Made by a program: the position numbers and the translations under genes. A model generated the notes under the pieces. It was not told where the DNA came from. It saw only the letters and a list, made by a program, of their open reading frames with translations, and did not search any database. From an uncultured Gammaproteobacteria bacterium (GTDB taxonomy: Bacteria > Pseudomonadota > Gammaproteobacteria > PS1 > Pseudothioglobaceae), in NCBI GenBank assembly GCA_902511025.1, contig CABXDP010000002.1, positions 1,466-65,465 on the forward strand: DNA of 64,000 nucleotides, given 5' to 3'. Positions 27,910-40,156 of the stretch are shown here, one piece after another; position 1 is the first letter of the stretch; each line of letters starts with the position of its first letter.

Positions 27910-27977
27910 CTAATATTATTTGCAAATTTAAAAAGATATAGTATATCTTATGCAGAGAAAAATAATTATTAATAACA

Positions 27978-28856
27978 ATGAAGGCAACTGAAGATATAGT
28001 CTATAAAGGGATGACTCAGGGTGAAATTGAGACGCAATATATGCTCAGAAACACTCGTCCAGATTATGAAACTACTGACATCCCGAGATGGATGGAAATG
28101 TCAGAGAGGTTTAGATCACAGTCAATTAACACACTTAATCTCAATTACGGCCCGCTTCAAAGAAACACACTGGATTTTTTTACTCCGAAAGTCAACTCCT
28201 TGGGATTCATACTTTATATTCATGGTGGTTACTGGCAAAGAGGTGACAAATCGGTCTATAGTTTCATTGCTCAGCCTTTTGTCAATAGAGGGTATTCTGT
28301 CGCAGTAATGAACTACCAAATGTGTCCTGATGTCAAACTTACAGAAATAGCACCTCAGGCTCGAAATGCAATCAAATGGCTTTGGAACAACTCAAGTGAT
28401 TTAAATATTTCACGAGACAACTTTAATGTTTTAGGTCACTCTGCTGGAGGCCATCTCACCTCTGAGATGCTATTTACTGACTGGAGTCAGGAAGACCAGG
28501 CTTTACCAAAAAATCTATTACATGCTGCAGTTGCTGTTTCGGGCATTTATGACTTTGAGCCGATACTTTATTGCTCAGAAAACGATGGCCTTGGAATGGA
28601 CTTACTAGAGGCAAAAGCAGCTAGCCTAATTCATAGAAAGCCCTCTATAGATATTCCTCATATTCTCTCTTTTGGACTCAATGAGCCCCAAGATATGCAT
28701 CGACAAAGCCTCGATTATGCCAAAGCTTTTGCTGATGACTTTTCCTCACTAGAGGTCATCGAGGTTAATAATGCTGATCATTTTGAAACAGTCGATGCAA
28801 TTACTGATGAGAATGGTGAGTTATTTAATAAAACATTAAGACTTTTTGAAAGTTGA
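27978..28856 (+). CDS. Alpha/beta hydrolase (arylformamidase / kynurenine formamidase-like)
   Basis: IHGGYWQ, GHSAGGHL, SGIYD, DHF. Confidence 0.85.
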   Translation: MKATEDIVYKGMTQGEIETQYMLRNTRPDYETTDIPRWMEMSERFRSQSINTLNLNYGPLQRNTLDFFTPKVNSLGFILYIHGGYWQRGDKSVYSFIAQPFVNRGYSVAVMNYQMCPDVKLTEIAPQARNAIKWLWNNSSDLNISRDNFNVLGHSAGGHLTSEMLFTDWSQEDQALPKNLLHAAVAVSGIYDFEPILYCSENDGLGMDLLEAKAASLIHRKPSIDIPHILSFGLNEPQDMHRQSLDYAKAFADDFSSLEVIEVNNADHFETVDAITDENGELFNKTLRLFES

Positions 28857-28974
28857 TTCTTAATTTGAAGTAAGATTATTTACTAAAACATCATACAAAC
28901 CCAAGGACATCATTAAGATATAATTTTGATTAAGGATTTATATTTTTTTTGGAAGACCCTTTTAAGGAGAGAAT

Positions 28975-30048
28975 GTGTCAGAAAAAATAGACAATAGTCA
29001 CGGCAATGGCCTAGTACTTATACTTTTAGCTCTCTCAATCCTTGCTTTAGTCTGGCTCTTTACTCCCTTTATAGCTTATCTCTTCTTATCACTTTTAATC
29101 TGTATTTCAACCTATAGTAGCTTTAGTAGTCTGTCCGAGAAAAGATCGAAAAAAATGTCAGCACTGATTATGACACTCGCTGTGACTATTCTCTTGATAC
29201 TTCCGCTTGGATATATCCTTCTTGTGAGTGGTATCGAGACAACAACGCTCATTAACAAACTTCAGAGCGACTTTCAGCTCAGCGAAATAAACAGAATTAC
29301 GGATGAAATTATTATGGGTCTGCCGCTCACAGAATCGATTCGAGAGTTCCTTGATAATTCGCTTAGAAATAATTTAGAGAGTATCGCTGTAGGAGTCACA
29401 GATTTCTCAATCATTATCCTTAAAAGTATTACTAGCCTCTCGAGCCAGTTCATCTTTTTTGTCATCATCACTATCTTTTCACTCTACTATTTTTATATTG
29501 ATGGGCCATCTTTTATTGAGAAGGTAAGAAAGGTCTCGCCACTCGATAACAAGATAAATGACTTATTGCTTAATCAATTCTCAGGCCTCTCTTTAACACT
29601 TGTTGGCAGTGTTTTTCTTGTGGCAATGACGCAAGGAGTTGCTTTTGCAATTGGTGTGATGATGGTTGGTCTGCCTGCTCTATTTTTTGGCGTTGCTATG
29701 GCTTTAGCAAGCTTTATTCCGATCCTGGGAGGGGTTCTGGTCTGGCTTCCACTCTCTATCTATCTCTTTGCAATTGGCGAGACAACGAGTGCGTTTATTA
29801 TTATTGTTTTTGGTGCAGTAATCGCAGGAACTCTGATTGATAATTTTCTGAGGCCAATTATCATTATGAAACTCTCAAGTTCAATGAAACATCAGAGCCC
29901 GCTCAACCATACCCTCATTACGGTCCTTTCTACGCTTGCTGGAATTATTAAGTTTGGCATCTTAGGCTTATTCATTGGACCCATTATTGCTGCAATGTCG
30001 ATTACTATCTTTGATATATATCAAATTCAATTTGGTAAATCGAAGTAA
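28975..30048 (+). CDS. AI-2E family transporter
   Basis: FIPILGG.LVWLP, IDNFLRP, FGILGLFIGP. Confidence 0.9.
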   Translation: MSEKIDNSHGNGLVLILLALSILALVWLFTPFIAYLFLSLLICISTYSSFSSLSEKRSKKMSALIMTLAVTILLILPLGYILLVSGIETTTLINKLQSDFQLSEINRITDEIIMGLPLTESIREFLDNSLRNNLESIAVGVTDFSIIILKSITSLSSQFIFFVIITIFSLYYFYIDGPSFIEKVRKVSPLDNKINDLLLNQFSGLSLTLVGSVFLVAMTQGVAFAIGVMMVGLPALFFGVAMALASFIPILGGVLVWLPLSIYLFAIGETTSAFIIIVFGAVIAGTLIDNFLRPIIIMKLSSSMKHQSPLNHTLITVLSTLAGIIKFGILGLFIGPIIAAMSITIFDIYQIQFGKSK

Positions 30049-30091
30049 ATCTTTGTTAAAATTCTCAACTCAATCTTAAATCGTAATACTC

Positions 30092-30538
30092 ATGCTAAAA
30101 GAGCTCATCGAATACATCAAAGAATACGAAGGCGATAATGAACTTGGAGACTATCTCGATACGCGTTATGTCAGGCTTACTGAGCAGCATTATGATCAGA
30201 TTGCGAGTGCTATGTCTGAGGGTGAACTTGTGTCCAAAAATTCATCGAATTGTCCTGCAAAGCGCTTCTTTCTTCACTTCAATGAGACGATTCTGTTTGT
30301 CAACAAGCAGACTGAAGAAGCAAGTGCAGTCTATGATATTGAGATGGTCCAAAATGAAGAGGAGTCTGATGACTCGATGGAGCTTCTATTTGCCTCATTT
30401 TCAATTGATGATGATTACTCGCCATTACTTAAAAAGAGAGTCGCAAGCGGTAAAACAGCGGACGAGAATTATCAACATCTAGTGATGCAATCTGTGATTC
30501 CAATTTTGAAAGGATTTATGGTGGCAATAACCGACTAG
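30092..30538 (+). CDS. Hypothetical acidic protein
   Basis: 148-aa ORF filling the gap before the convergent ihfA; no recognised motif. Confidence 0.7.
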   Translation: MLKELIEYIKEYEGDNELGDYLDTRYVRLTEQHYDQIASAMSEGELVSKNSSNCPAKRFFLHFNETILFVNKQTEEASAVYDIEMVQNEEESDDSMELLFASFSIDDDYSPLLKKRVASGKTADENYQHLVMQSVIPILKGFMVAITD

Positions 30539-30540
30539 GT

Positions 30541-30831
30541 TTATTTTTTACCCTTTTGAGTCGCTAATTTAAGCTTAGGGCCAGCCTTAAAGGTAACCAC
30601 TTTCCTTGCACTAATCAGAACCTCTTCACCGGTCTTTGGATTTCTGCCAGGCCTCGGCGTTTTTTCTCTGACTACAAAGTTGCCAAAACTTGATAATTTG
30701 ATTTCCTCTCCCGTCTTCAGAGTCTCAATGATTTGTTCAAAGAATTGATTAGTGAGTGCTAATGCTTGGGTTTGTGTGAGATCTATTTTTTTAACGAGGG
30801 TGTTTGCAATATCTTGTTTTGTAAGGGACAT
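30541..30831 (-). CDS. ihfA: Integration host factor alpha
   Basis: KLSSFGNF, RPGRNPKTGE, follows pheT. Confidence 0.95.
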   Translation of the reverse strand: MSLTKQDIANTLVKKIDLTQTQALALTNQFFEQIIETLKTGEEIKLSSFGNFVVREKTPRPGRNPKTGEEVLISARKVVTFKAGPKLKLATQKGKK

Positions 30832-30835
30832 TTGA

Positions 30836-33200
30836 TTATCTTAATTTAGCAGAAAATTTTGTTTCTAAATGACCTACTATTTTACTAACTTTTTCAGCCA
30901 ACTGTTCATCAGTTAGAGTAACTTCTTTTGATTGATAAGTTAAATTTAAGGCCACACTTTTACTTCCCTGTTCGATATGCTCCCCTTCATAGACATCAAA
31001 CAAGTTTACTTCGATTAAATCATTTTGCTTTAAGGACTCAATGGAGTGGATCAATTCATCACTCGAGATTTCTTTTGAGACCACAATCGCTATATCTCTT
31101 TGTGAGGCTTGAAATGATGAAAAAGACTCATAGCTTGGCGTTTCACCTTGCTCGATCTCAGACTGTGTGAGTTCAAAAAGGAAAGCTTTTGGCATCGATA
31201 ACTTCTTTTGGAGTTTTGGCGACATTGCGCCGATCCAGCCAATTTGATCGTTTCCTTTCATTATTTTTGCTGTTTGCCCCATCTGAAGAGCTGGATGCTC
31301 AGCCACCTCAAATTTGAAATCTTTTTTACTGAGATTTAATAGCGCCTCGACATCAGACTTAGCATCGAAAAAGTCAACCTGTCGATCTCCCTCTGCCCAT
31401 TGTGAGTTATGACGGTTACCAGAGATAATTCCAGCAATTTTTTGATTCTGTCCTTCGACCTCGATTCCAGAGAAGCACAGACCCTGCTCGAAGAAGCGAA
31501 GGTTGTGGTGCCCTCTTCTGATATTAGATTTTGCTGAGTCAATGAGTCCTGGCCACAGGCTTGAACGCATAATCGCCATATCGTCAGAGATTGGGTTCTG
31601 TAGTAAGATTTTTTTTAGAATCTGGGTCCACTAAATCGTGCATCTCGTTTGAGATAAAGCTATAAGTAATGACCTCTTGATAGCCTCTATTGACAAGAGC
31701 ATTAGAGAGCTCATTAGAACTGATCTTGGCCTGAGCCGCATTCGATATATTGGCATCGATAGAGAGTCTTTGAACTGGAATCTTGTCATAACCATAAAGC
31801 CTAGCCAGCTCTTCAATGATGTCTGCTGGAATGCGAATATCAAAACGAAAGCTTGGCGGAATAATAGTCCAAGAGTCATCCGAATTCTTTTTAAAATCGA
31901 AATCAAGAAACTTGAATTTTGACTCTACCCATGAAGGGTCGAGATCAAAGCCAAGAACTTTTGATATTTTTTCAATTGAAATTTGTATTGGTTCTAATTT
32001 AGGAAGTGATTTTGAATCAACGGTCTCATTGATTTCTGATGCTGCTCCGCCACATATTTCAAGGACAAGTTCTGTGGCTCTCTCCATAGCATAGCCTGCC
32101 ATATTGAAGTCAACTCCCCTCTCAAAGCGAAGTGAAGCCTCAGTATGAAGACCATAAGATCTGGCAACTCCAGAGATTGCAACGGGCTCAAAGAACGCAG
32201 CCTCTAGTAAAATTTCAGTGGAACTCTCTAGTGTTGAGCTTTCCATGCCGCCAATCACACCAGCGATGGCTATGGCAGATTTTTCATCAGCGATCACAAG
32301 AGTGTCTTCTGACAAGGTAACGCTTTGTCCATTGAGGAGCTCTAAATCCTCATTCTTAATTGCTGATCTCACATTGATACTTCCATTAATTTTTGATAAA
32401 TCAAAGGCATGCATCGGCTGACCGAGCTCCAAAAGAACGTAGTTTGTTATATCGACAATTGGGGAATGAAGCTGCTGATTAGCACGAAGCAGTTTTCTTG
32501 CCATCCAATCTGGCGTTGAAGCAGTGTTATCAACTCCCTCAATCACACGTGTTAAATACTTTGGGCACTCTTTAGGATTACTAACCAATGACTTAAAGGA
32601 CTTGCTCTCTTTTTGAGCCGCTTTATAATTGATCTCAGGTAATGACAAGTCATAGTTAACGCAGACCTCTCTTGCAACGCCAAGGACACTGAAACAGTCT
32701 CCTCTATTTGGAGTTATATCAAGCTCAATAATTTGATCATCAAGGTCTAGAACAGACCTTACATTGTCACCAATTTTAGATTTTGCATCCAGCTCTATGA
32801 TTCCTTCATGGCTATCCGATATACCCATTTCAGATTCCGAGCATAACATTCCGTTAGATTCAACGCCTCTTAGTTTGGCGCGTTTAATTTTGAGTTTATT
32901 GGGAAGGACAGATCCAACTGTAGCTACAGCGACCTTTAAATCTTTCCTGACATTTGGAGCGCCGCAAATAATTTGCAGGTTTTCGCCTGTTCCAATATCA
33001 ACCTCACAAAGACTCAGTTTATCTGCATTGGGATGTTTACCGCAGCCAACAACATGACCAACTACTAAGCCCTCAAATGGCGGAGCTATGGGCGCTATTT
33101 GATCAACCTCTAGGCCAGCCATGGTTAGTTTTTCTGAGAGCTCTATATCGCTAACATCTGGATTAACCCACTCCCTTAACCATCTAGTTGAAATATTCAT
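30836..33200 (-). CDS. pheT: Phenylalanine--tRNA ligase beta subunit, split by a 1-nt insertion at 31609-31616
   Basis: ORFs 31584-33200 and 30836-31579 are consecutive PheT halves; removing one base from the 8-nt run restores KKILLQNPISDDMAIMRSSLWPGL. Confidence 0.95.
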
Positions 33201-33216
33201 AATTAATACCTTTGCA

Positions 33217-34245
<1,029 letters not shown>

Positions 34246-34247
34246 TT

Positions 34248-34277
34248 AAAAGACTGCAACCTATGTTACAGTCTTTT
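34248..34277 (-). terminator. Terminator after rplT
   Basis: Plus strand AAAAGACTGCAAC-ctat-GTTACAGTCTTTT inverted repeat. Confidence 0.7.
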
Positions 34278-34289
34278 AGTAAGATTTTT

Positions 34290-34649
34290 CTACTGTGCTA
34301 ATCCAGCTTTTGCTTGATCAGCAATTTTAGCAAAGGCGTCTTTGTCAAAGATGGCAATATCTGAGAGAACTTTACGATCAATCTCAACACCCGCTTTGTT
34401 TAAACCGTTGATAAATTGTGAGTAGCTTAGACCATTATTTCTTGCCTCAGCGTTGATACGAACAATCCACAATCTTCTGAACTGACGACGACGTTGACGA
34501 CGGTCACGGTATGCGTACTGTCCTGCCTTGATGACCGCTTGCTTAGCAACGCGATAAACTTTGGAGCGAGCACCATAGTAACCTTTGGCCTTCTTTAAAA
34601 CTTTTTTGTGTTTGGCATGCGCCTGCACACCTCTTGAAACTCTTGCCAT
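34290..34649 (-). CDS. rplT: 50S ribosomal protein L20
   Basis: [31 protein letters not shown]. Confidence 0.99.
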   Translation of the reverse strand: MARVSRGVQAHAKHKKVLKKAKGYYGARSKVYRVAKQAVIKAGQYAYRDRRQRRRQFRRLWIVRINAEARNNGLSYSQFINGLNKAGVEIDRKVLSDIAIFDKDAFAKIADQAKAGLAQ

Positions 34650-34661
34650 AGTAATACTCCT

Positions 34662-34859
34662 TTAACTGTAAGGTAACATTCTTTTAACCATTGGTACATC
34701 AACCTTCTCAATCGAATCAGGTGAACGTAGCGAGCGCTTTCTTGAAGTGCTCTTTTTGGTCAAAATATGTCTCAGATGAGAGTGTTTACTTTTGTAACCG
34801 CCACTGGCAGTCTTTTTGAAACGCTTTGCAGCACCTCTATTGGTCTTTAACTTCGGCAT
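34662..34859 (-). CDS. rpmI: 50S ribosomal protein L35
   Basis: [26 protein letters not shown]. Confidence 0.98.
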   Translation of the reverse strand: MPKLKTNRGAAKRFKKTASGGYKSKHSHLRHILTKKSTSRKRSLRSPDSIEKVDVPMVKRMLPYS

Positions 34860-35436
34860 CATTTACTCCTTGACCCTCTTCGGGTTCAATTTTTCGGGCT
34901 TTCGCCTTACTTTTCTTAGACTTGGGTGCTAGCATCATGCCAAGCTGGCGACCCTCCATTTTTGCCTTCTGCTCAACAGTGGCAAATTCTTCTGTTTCAC
35001 TTTCAATTCTATCCAGCATCTCCATACCTAACTCTCGATGCTGAACCTCTCGACCACGAAACCAAATGACTACTTTGACCTTGTCGCCGTTCTCAATAAA
35101 TTTAACCAAGTTTCTAAACTTGATTTGGTAATCCGCCTCCTCAGTTCCAGGACGATACTTGATCATCTTGACGTGAGTCTTTTTCTGTTTTTTCTTAGCG
35201 TCACTCTTTTGTTTCTTCAGTTCATACTGAAACTTTCCAAAATCCATCACCCGACAAACCGGTGGATCTGCATTGGGCGAAACTTCAACTAAGTCTAAAC
35301 CTGCGTTTACTGCTAATTCAAGAGCATCATCATTACTTAGGATTCCTAACTGGTCACCTCCATCATTTATCACTCGGACCTTGGGTGCACTAATATTTTG
35401 ATTAATCCTAGTCTTTACCTTTGCTGGGCTTTTAAT
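34837..35436 (-). CDS. infC: Translation initiation factor IF-3 (ATT start codon)
   Basis: In-frame ATT AAA after an AGGAG overlapping the thrS stop adds the conserved RIN..I....VR segment; [19 protein letters not shown]. Confidence 0.95.
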   Translation of the reverse strand: MKSPAKVKTRINQNISAPKVRVINDGGDQLGILSNDDALELAVNAGLDLVEVSPNADPPVCRVMDFGKFQYELKKQKSDAKKKQKKTHVKMIKYRPGTEEADYQIKFRNLVKFIENGDKVKVVIWFRGREVQHRELGMEMLDRIESETEEFATVEQKAKMEGRQLGMMLAPKSKKSKAKARKIEPEEGQGVNDAEVKDQ

Positions 35437-35438
35437 AA

Positions 35439-37331
35439 TTACTCCTGATTTATTAATTCTGTCAACGCCTCTAGAGACATTGAACCCAAGTCCTCTCCGC
35501 CCCTTCGACGAACAGATACTTGATTGTTTTCTTGCTCTCTGTCGCCAACCACTAAAATGTATGGGTAGCGTTGCATTGAGTGCTCGCGTATTTTAAAGCC
35601 TATCTTCTCATTTCGCAAGTCCGAAATGACCCTAAGGCCCTGATTTTTTAGATTTATCTCAACATTTTTTGTATATTCCTCTTGTTTTTGAGAAATATTG
35701 ATGATGACTGCTTGAATTGGCGCGAGCCAAGATGGAAATGCTCCCTCGTAATGCTCAATTAGAATGCCAGTAAATCGCTCGATTGAGCCGACTATGACTC
35801 GGTGAAGCATCACAGGTATCTGCTTGGAGCCATCTTCAGCAATGTAATGCGCATCAAGGCGATCTGGCATCGAGAAATCAGCCTGAATCGTGCCACACTG
35901 CCACTCACGGTCAAGACAATCCTTCAATACAAATTCAACTTTGGGTCCATAAAAGGCTCCCTCACCCTCTTGGAGCTCCCAGTCTATACCTTTAGCATCA
36001 AGCGCTGTTGCAAGTGCTGCCTCAGCCTGATCCCAAACCTCATCAGAGCCAACCCTTTTTTCAGGTCGAGTCGAGAGTTTAATGTCAATATTTTCAAAAC
36101 CAAAATACTTGTAGACCTTGAACGTTAAATCGATGAAGGATGAGACTTCGCTCTGTATTTGGTCTACGGTGCAAAAAATGTGTGCATCGTCCTGAACAAA
36201 GTTACGAACACGCATAATGCCGTGAAGTGTTCCTGAAGGCTCATTACGATGGCAAGAGCCAAATTCAGCTAGCCTTAATGGAAGATCTCGATAGGACTTT
36301 AGACCCTGATTAAAAATCTGAACATGGCCAGGGCAGTTCATCGGTTTAACCGCGTAATCTCTGTTCTCAGAGTGAGTCGTAAACATAGCGTCACCAAACT
36401 TATCCCAGTGACCTGACTTTTCCCAAAGCGTTCGATCCATGACCTCAGGAGTATGAACTTCTTGATAACCGTTATCTTTAAAGACCTGGCTTATATACTG
36501 AACGATAATTTGATAGAGCGTCCACCCCTTGGGGTGCCAGAAGACCATACCGGGCGCTTCCTCCTGGGTATGAAATAAGTTTTGGAGTTTTCCAATCTTT
36601 CTGTGATCTCTCTTCTCAGCCTCCTCGAGTCGGTGAAGGTGCGCTGCTAGGTCCTCTTTATTCTCCCAGGCAGTGCCGTAGACTCTTTGCAGCATCTCGT
36701 TATTCGAGTCGCCTCGCCAATAGGCACCAGCCAATTTCATCAACTTAAATGCTTTGAGTTTACTCGTTGATGGCACATGAGGGCCTCTACAGAGATCCAC
36801 AAAGTCTCCCTGCTTGTAGAGGGATAGAACTTCATTCGTTGGAATCGACTCAATGATCTCTGCCTTGTAATGCTCGCCCAATGACTTAAAAAATTCAATG
36901 GCTTCTTCTCGCGTCATCTCCATTCTCTCAATAGGCAAATTTTGCTTGACAATAGCATTCATCTTCTTTTCGATTTTGGCTAAGTCTTGCTCAGAAAAAC
37001 CATCCTTATAGGCAAAGTCATAATAGAATCCGTTATCGATAACTGGGCCAATAGTGACTTGAGCCTTTGGATAAATCTGTTGAGTAGCTTGCGCCAATAG
37101 ATGAGCCGTAGAGTGACGAATCACCTCGAGTGCTTTTTCATCTTTATTGGTAATGATGGCAACGTCTGAGTCACCTTCTATTATGAAAGAGGTGTCAACC
37201 AGATTACCGTCCACCTCGCCTGCAATTGCTGCCTTTGCAAGACCTGAACCAATCGATGAGGCAACCTCGGCCACAGTCAAAGACTGATCATATGACTTAA
37301 CTGTGCCGTCAGGCAGTGTTATATTAGGCAT
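35439..37331 (-). CDS. thrS: Threonine--tRNA ligase
   Basis: TGS domain, [30 protein letters not shown]. Confidence 0.99.
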   Translation of the reverse strand: MPNITLPDGTVKSYDQSLTVAEVASSIGSGLAKAAIAGEVDGNLVDTSFIIEGDSDVAIITNKDEKALEVIRHSTAHLLAQATQQIYPKAQVTIGPVIDNGFYYDFAYKDGFSEQDLAKIEKKMNAIVKQNLPIERMEMTREEAIEFFKSLGEHYKAEIIESIPTNEVLSLYKQGDFVDLCRGPHVPSTSKLKAFKLMKLAGAYWRGDSNNEMLQRVYGTAWENKEDLAAHLHRLEEAEKRDHRKIGKLQNLFHTQEEAPGMVFWHPKGWTLYQIIVQYISQVFKDNGYQEVHTPEVMDRTLWEKSGHWDKFGDAMFTTHSENRDYAVKPMNCPGHVQIFNQGLKSYRDLPLRLAEFGSCHRNEPSGTLHGIMRVRNFVQDDAHIFCTVDQIQSEVSSFIDLTFKVYKYFGFENIDIKLSTRPEKRVGSDEVWDQAEAALATALDAKGIDWELQEGEGAFYGPKVEFVLKDCLDREWQCGTIQADFSMPDRLDAHYIAEDGSKQIPVMLHRVIVGSIERFTGILIEHYEGAFPSWLAPIQAVIINISQKQEEYTKNVEINLKNQGLRVISDLRNEKIGFKIREHSMQRYPYILVVGDREQENNQVSVRRRGGEDLGSMSLEALTELINQE

Positions 37332-37444
37332 AACTCATGAAAAAAACAAAAAATCCAATTTTACCTTGATAGATTGTTATCCATTACCCAAATTAAGTCT
37401 TTAAATTACTTTTGGAGAGTAACAATAAAGTATATTACAACGAT

Positions 37445-38617
37445 ATGAAAATATCGCGCAAATCTCCCGAACTTCTTATTCTTATCATGACTGTTGGTGC
37501 TGGATTAAGTTGGGCAGTTTGGCTTAATCTCTTAAATAACTTTGCAATTGAAAAGGTTAACTTTTCTGGTGCAGAGATTGGAATATTGCAGAGCTTAAGA
37601 GAAGTTCCAGGTTTTCTAGCTTTTACTGTGATCTTTGTTTTGGCCTTTGTTAGAGAACAAAAACTAGCCTATATTTCTTTTGGCCTGATGGGATTTGGAG
37701 TTTTAATTACAGGCCTAGTAGAGACGAATTTAACCTTTTATTTAGCGACCATCGTCATGTCAACTGGCTTTCATTATTACGAGACAATCTCAAGCTCATT
37801 AACTTTGCAGTGGGTTGATAAAGACAAAACAGCCGAGTTTTTGGGGAGAGTCATTGCTACTCGCTCTGCTGCTTCAATAGCCGCATTTAGTCTAGTCTGG
37901 ATCATGTTTGAAATATTCGATATAGAATACTTGTGGATTTATTTTGTGGGTGGTGGCTTTTCAGTTCTAGCTGCATTATTTTGTTGGCAGTACTTTTCTT
38001 ACTTTCCACAAGAAGTTACTCAAACCAAAAAAGTAGTTCTAAGAAAGCGCTATTGGCTATATTACGCCTTGCAATTTATGGGCGGAGCAAGAAGACAAAT
38101 ATTTGTCGTTTTTGCTGCGTTTCTAATGGTTGAAAAATTCGAATTTAGCGTTGGCGAAATATCTCTTTTATTACTTGCAAACGCAGCTATTAATGTCACA
38201 TTGGCTCCTAAAATTGGAAGGCTCATTCAAAGGTTTGGTGAACGCCGTTCTCTCATTTTTGAGTATGTTGGTCTTGCTCTAATCTTTATTGGGTATGCTC
38301 TAGTGGAGAGCAGCGCATTTGCAGTTTTTCTGTATATTGCTGACCACCTCTTTTTCTCTATTGCGATTGCACTCAAAACGTATTTTCAAAAAATAGCAGA
38401 TCCAGCTGATATTGCTTCTAGTGCAGGCGTGTCATTTTCTATTAATCATATCGCAGCGGTATTTATTCCAGTCGTTTTTGGCCTCATTTGGCTCTATTCT
38501 CCCTCATTAGTTTTCTTAGCAGGTGCTGGAATGGCTATTTTGTCTCTTTTGCTTGCTCTTAATATGCCAGCAAAGCCAACAGCTGGCAATGAAGTTTTAT
38601 TGGGTAAATTTTCATAA
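37445..38617 (+). CDS. MFS transporter
   Basis: LQSLREVPGFLAF, GARRQIF, INHIAAV; about 12 TM. Confidence 0.88.
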   Translation: MKISRKSPELLILIMTVGAGLSWAVWLNLLNNFAIEKVNFSGAEIGILQSLREVPGFLAFTVIFVLAFVREQKLAYISFGLMGFGVLITGLVETNLTFYLATIVMSTGFHYYETISSSLTLQWVDKDKTAEFLGRVIATRSAASIAAFSLVWIMFEIFDIEYLWIYFVGGGFSVLAALFCWQYFSYFPQEVTQTKKVVLRKRYWLYYALQFMGGARRQIFVVFAAFLMVEKFEFSVGEISLLLLANAAINVTLAPKIGRLIQRFGERRSLIFEYVGLALIFIGYALVESSAFAVFLYIADHLFFSIAIALKTYFQKIADPADIASSAGVSFSINHIAAVFIPVVFGLIWLYSPSLVFLAGAGMAILSLLLALNMPAKPTAGNEVLLGKFS

Positions 38618-38659
38618 TTTTTGTTTGACTAATATAGTTCGTATTGATATACTTTTTGT

Positions 38660-40156
38660 ATGAATGAAAGTTTTAGAATTGCGCAAAAAATAGGCTTGAT
38701 GTTTTTACCTAATTCGCCTATTCCCACTGATATAAAACAATGGGCAACCCAACAACTTCGATCGAAATCCCCAGCCCTCGGAATTAAAAGCGCTAGTTCT
38801 TATAAAAAACCTCAAGTTTTAGAGTGGCCAAAGTCACTTCAACCTAGCCTCCAGAAGCGCGATGAAATGTTTTGGGCATTTAAAGAAAATAAAGAAAAGT
38901 TTCGTAGGAATATGCCCGGCTTTCAATCCGAAGCTGATAAAAGCAGAAATAGACAAGAAAATCTTATGGAGGATTTGGATGCACTGAAATTCGCACATAG
39001 AAATGTTTATGGCGAGGATCAGTTGAGGCTTCGATTTAGTTCATTTTGGGCAAACCACTTCAGAACTGCCAATATCTTTGATAATGGTAACCATATTGGT
39101 CATGCTATTGATGAGGCTATTCTTGCCAACATAAACAGTGATTTTTCGAATATGTTATATAAAGTCACATCGCATCCATCTATGCTGATTTATTTAGATA
39201 ATACTTATAGCGCTGGACCAAACTCAAATGAAGCGATATGGGCAAGAAGTAATGGAAGGCAAGCGGGCCTTAATGATAATTTAGGTAGAGAACTGCTTGA
39301 GCTTCATACTGTATCACCTTCTGCCAACTATACTGAAGCTGACATCAATGGTGCAGCCAAAATTTTGGCAGGTTGGGGCGCTGAACCTGGCAGAATCAGT
39401 GGTGATAATTTAATCTCTCTATCTGAAAGAAATAGAAAGATTAAAGAAATAGGAGGAACGCTTAACTCTTGGGATTACTATAAGACAAATTATGCTGAGC
39501 CTGGTAACAAAACTGTTATGGGTAAAACTTTTGGACCTGGCAAAGATGCACTTAGGCAACTGACAGATTTTCTTGCAGTTCATGAACACACTATCAATCA
39601 TGTTACATTTAAGTTAGCTCAACATTTTGTGAGTGATAACCCTAACCAGACAGATTTAGATCACATATCTAGAATATGGCGAGAGAGTAATGGAAACTTG
39701 GATCAAATACATACTGCTGTCATCGAGCTTGCTATTGCCTCAAAGGAGCCAAAATTTCAGTGGCCAATGAATTGGCTATTTCAAGTTACCAGACTGAGTG
39801 GAGCTAATGCATTCGTAGGATGGGAAGAAGAAAAAAATAATGATTACAATGATAACATTATGAGAACAAGAAAAATTTTTGAAGAGCTTGGGCAGGGCTT
39901 TTGGCTTCCTGGTCAGCCTAACGGCTACTCCAGTGATAAAGCTGAATGGCTTTCTGGAGAAATGTTTGAGCGCCGAATTAGATTTGCAACTTCACTCTAT
40001 AACGGAGGATTTCCTACTCAAAAAGTTGAAGATATAATGAATAGAATTGGTGCCAATAATGTCACACGTGAGCTTGTGGGTAGTGTCATGGGAGGACGAA
40101 GAAAGTTTGTTGCCTTAATGTGTAGTCCTGAAATTATGGGGTTAGAAAATGCCTAA
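38660..40156 (+). CDS. DUF1800 family protein
   Basis: FWANHF, HPSMLIYLDN, NDNLGRELLELHT, KLAQHFVSD, P.PNGY, SPE. Confidence 0.88.
   Translation: MNESFRIAQKIGLMFLPNSPIPTDIKQWATQQLRSKSPALGIKSASSYKKPQVLEWPKSLQPSLQKRDEMFWAFKENKEKFRRNMPGFQSEADKSRNRQENLMEDLDALKFAHRNVYGEDQLRLRFSSFWANHFRTANIFDNGNHIGHAIDEAILANINSDFSNMLYKVTSHPSMLIYLDNTYSAGPNSNEAIWARSNGRQAGLNDNLGRELLELHTVSPSANYTEADINGAAKILAGWGAEPGRISGDNLISLSERNRKIKEIGGTLNSWDYYKTNYAEPGNKTVMGKTFGPGKDALRQLTDFLAVHEHTINHVTFKLAQHFVSDNPNQTDLDHISRIWRESNGNLDQIHTAVIELAIASKEPKFQWPMNWLFQVTRLSGANAFVGWEEEKNNDYNDNIMRTRKIFEELGQGFWLPGQPNGYSSDKAEWLSGEMFERRIRFATSLYNGGFPTQKVEDIMNRIGANNVTRELVGSVMGGRRKFVALMCSPEIMGLENA

Noticed and set aside
30836-33200. Genuine pheT pseudogene or naturally split PheT
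   Set aside because: Essential gene, otherwise intact, with a single indel in a homopolymer that cuts through a conserved motif; an error is far more parsimonious.
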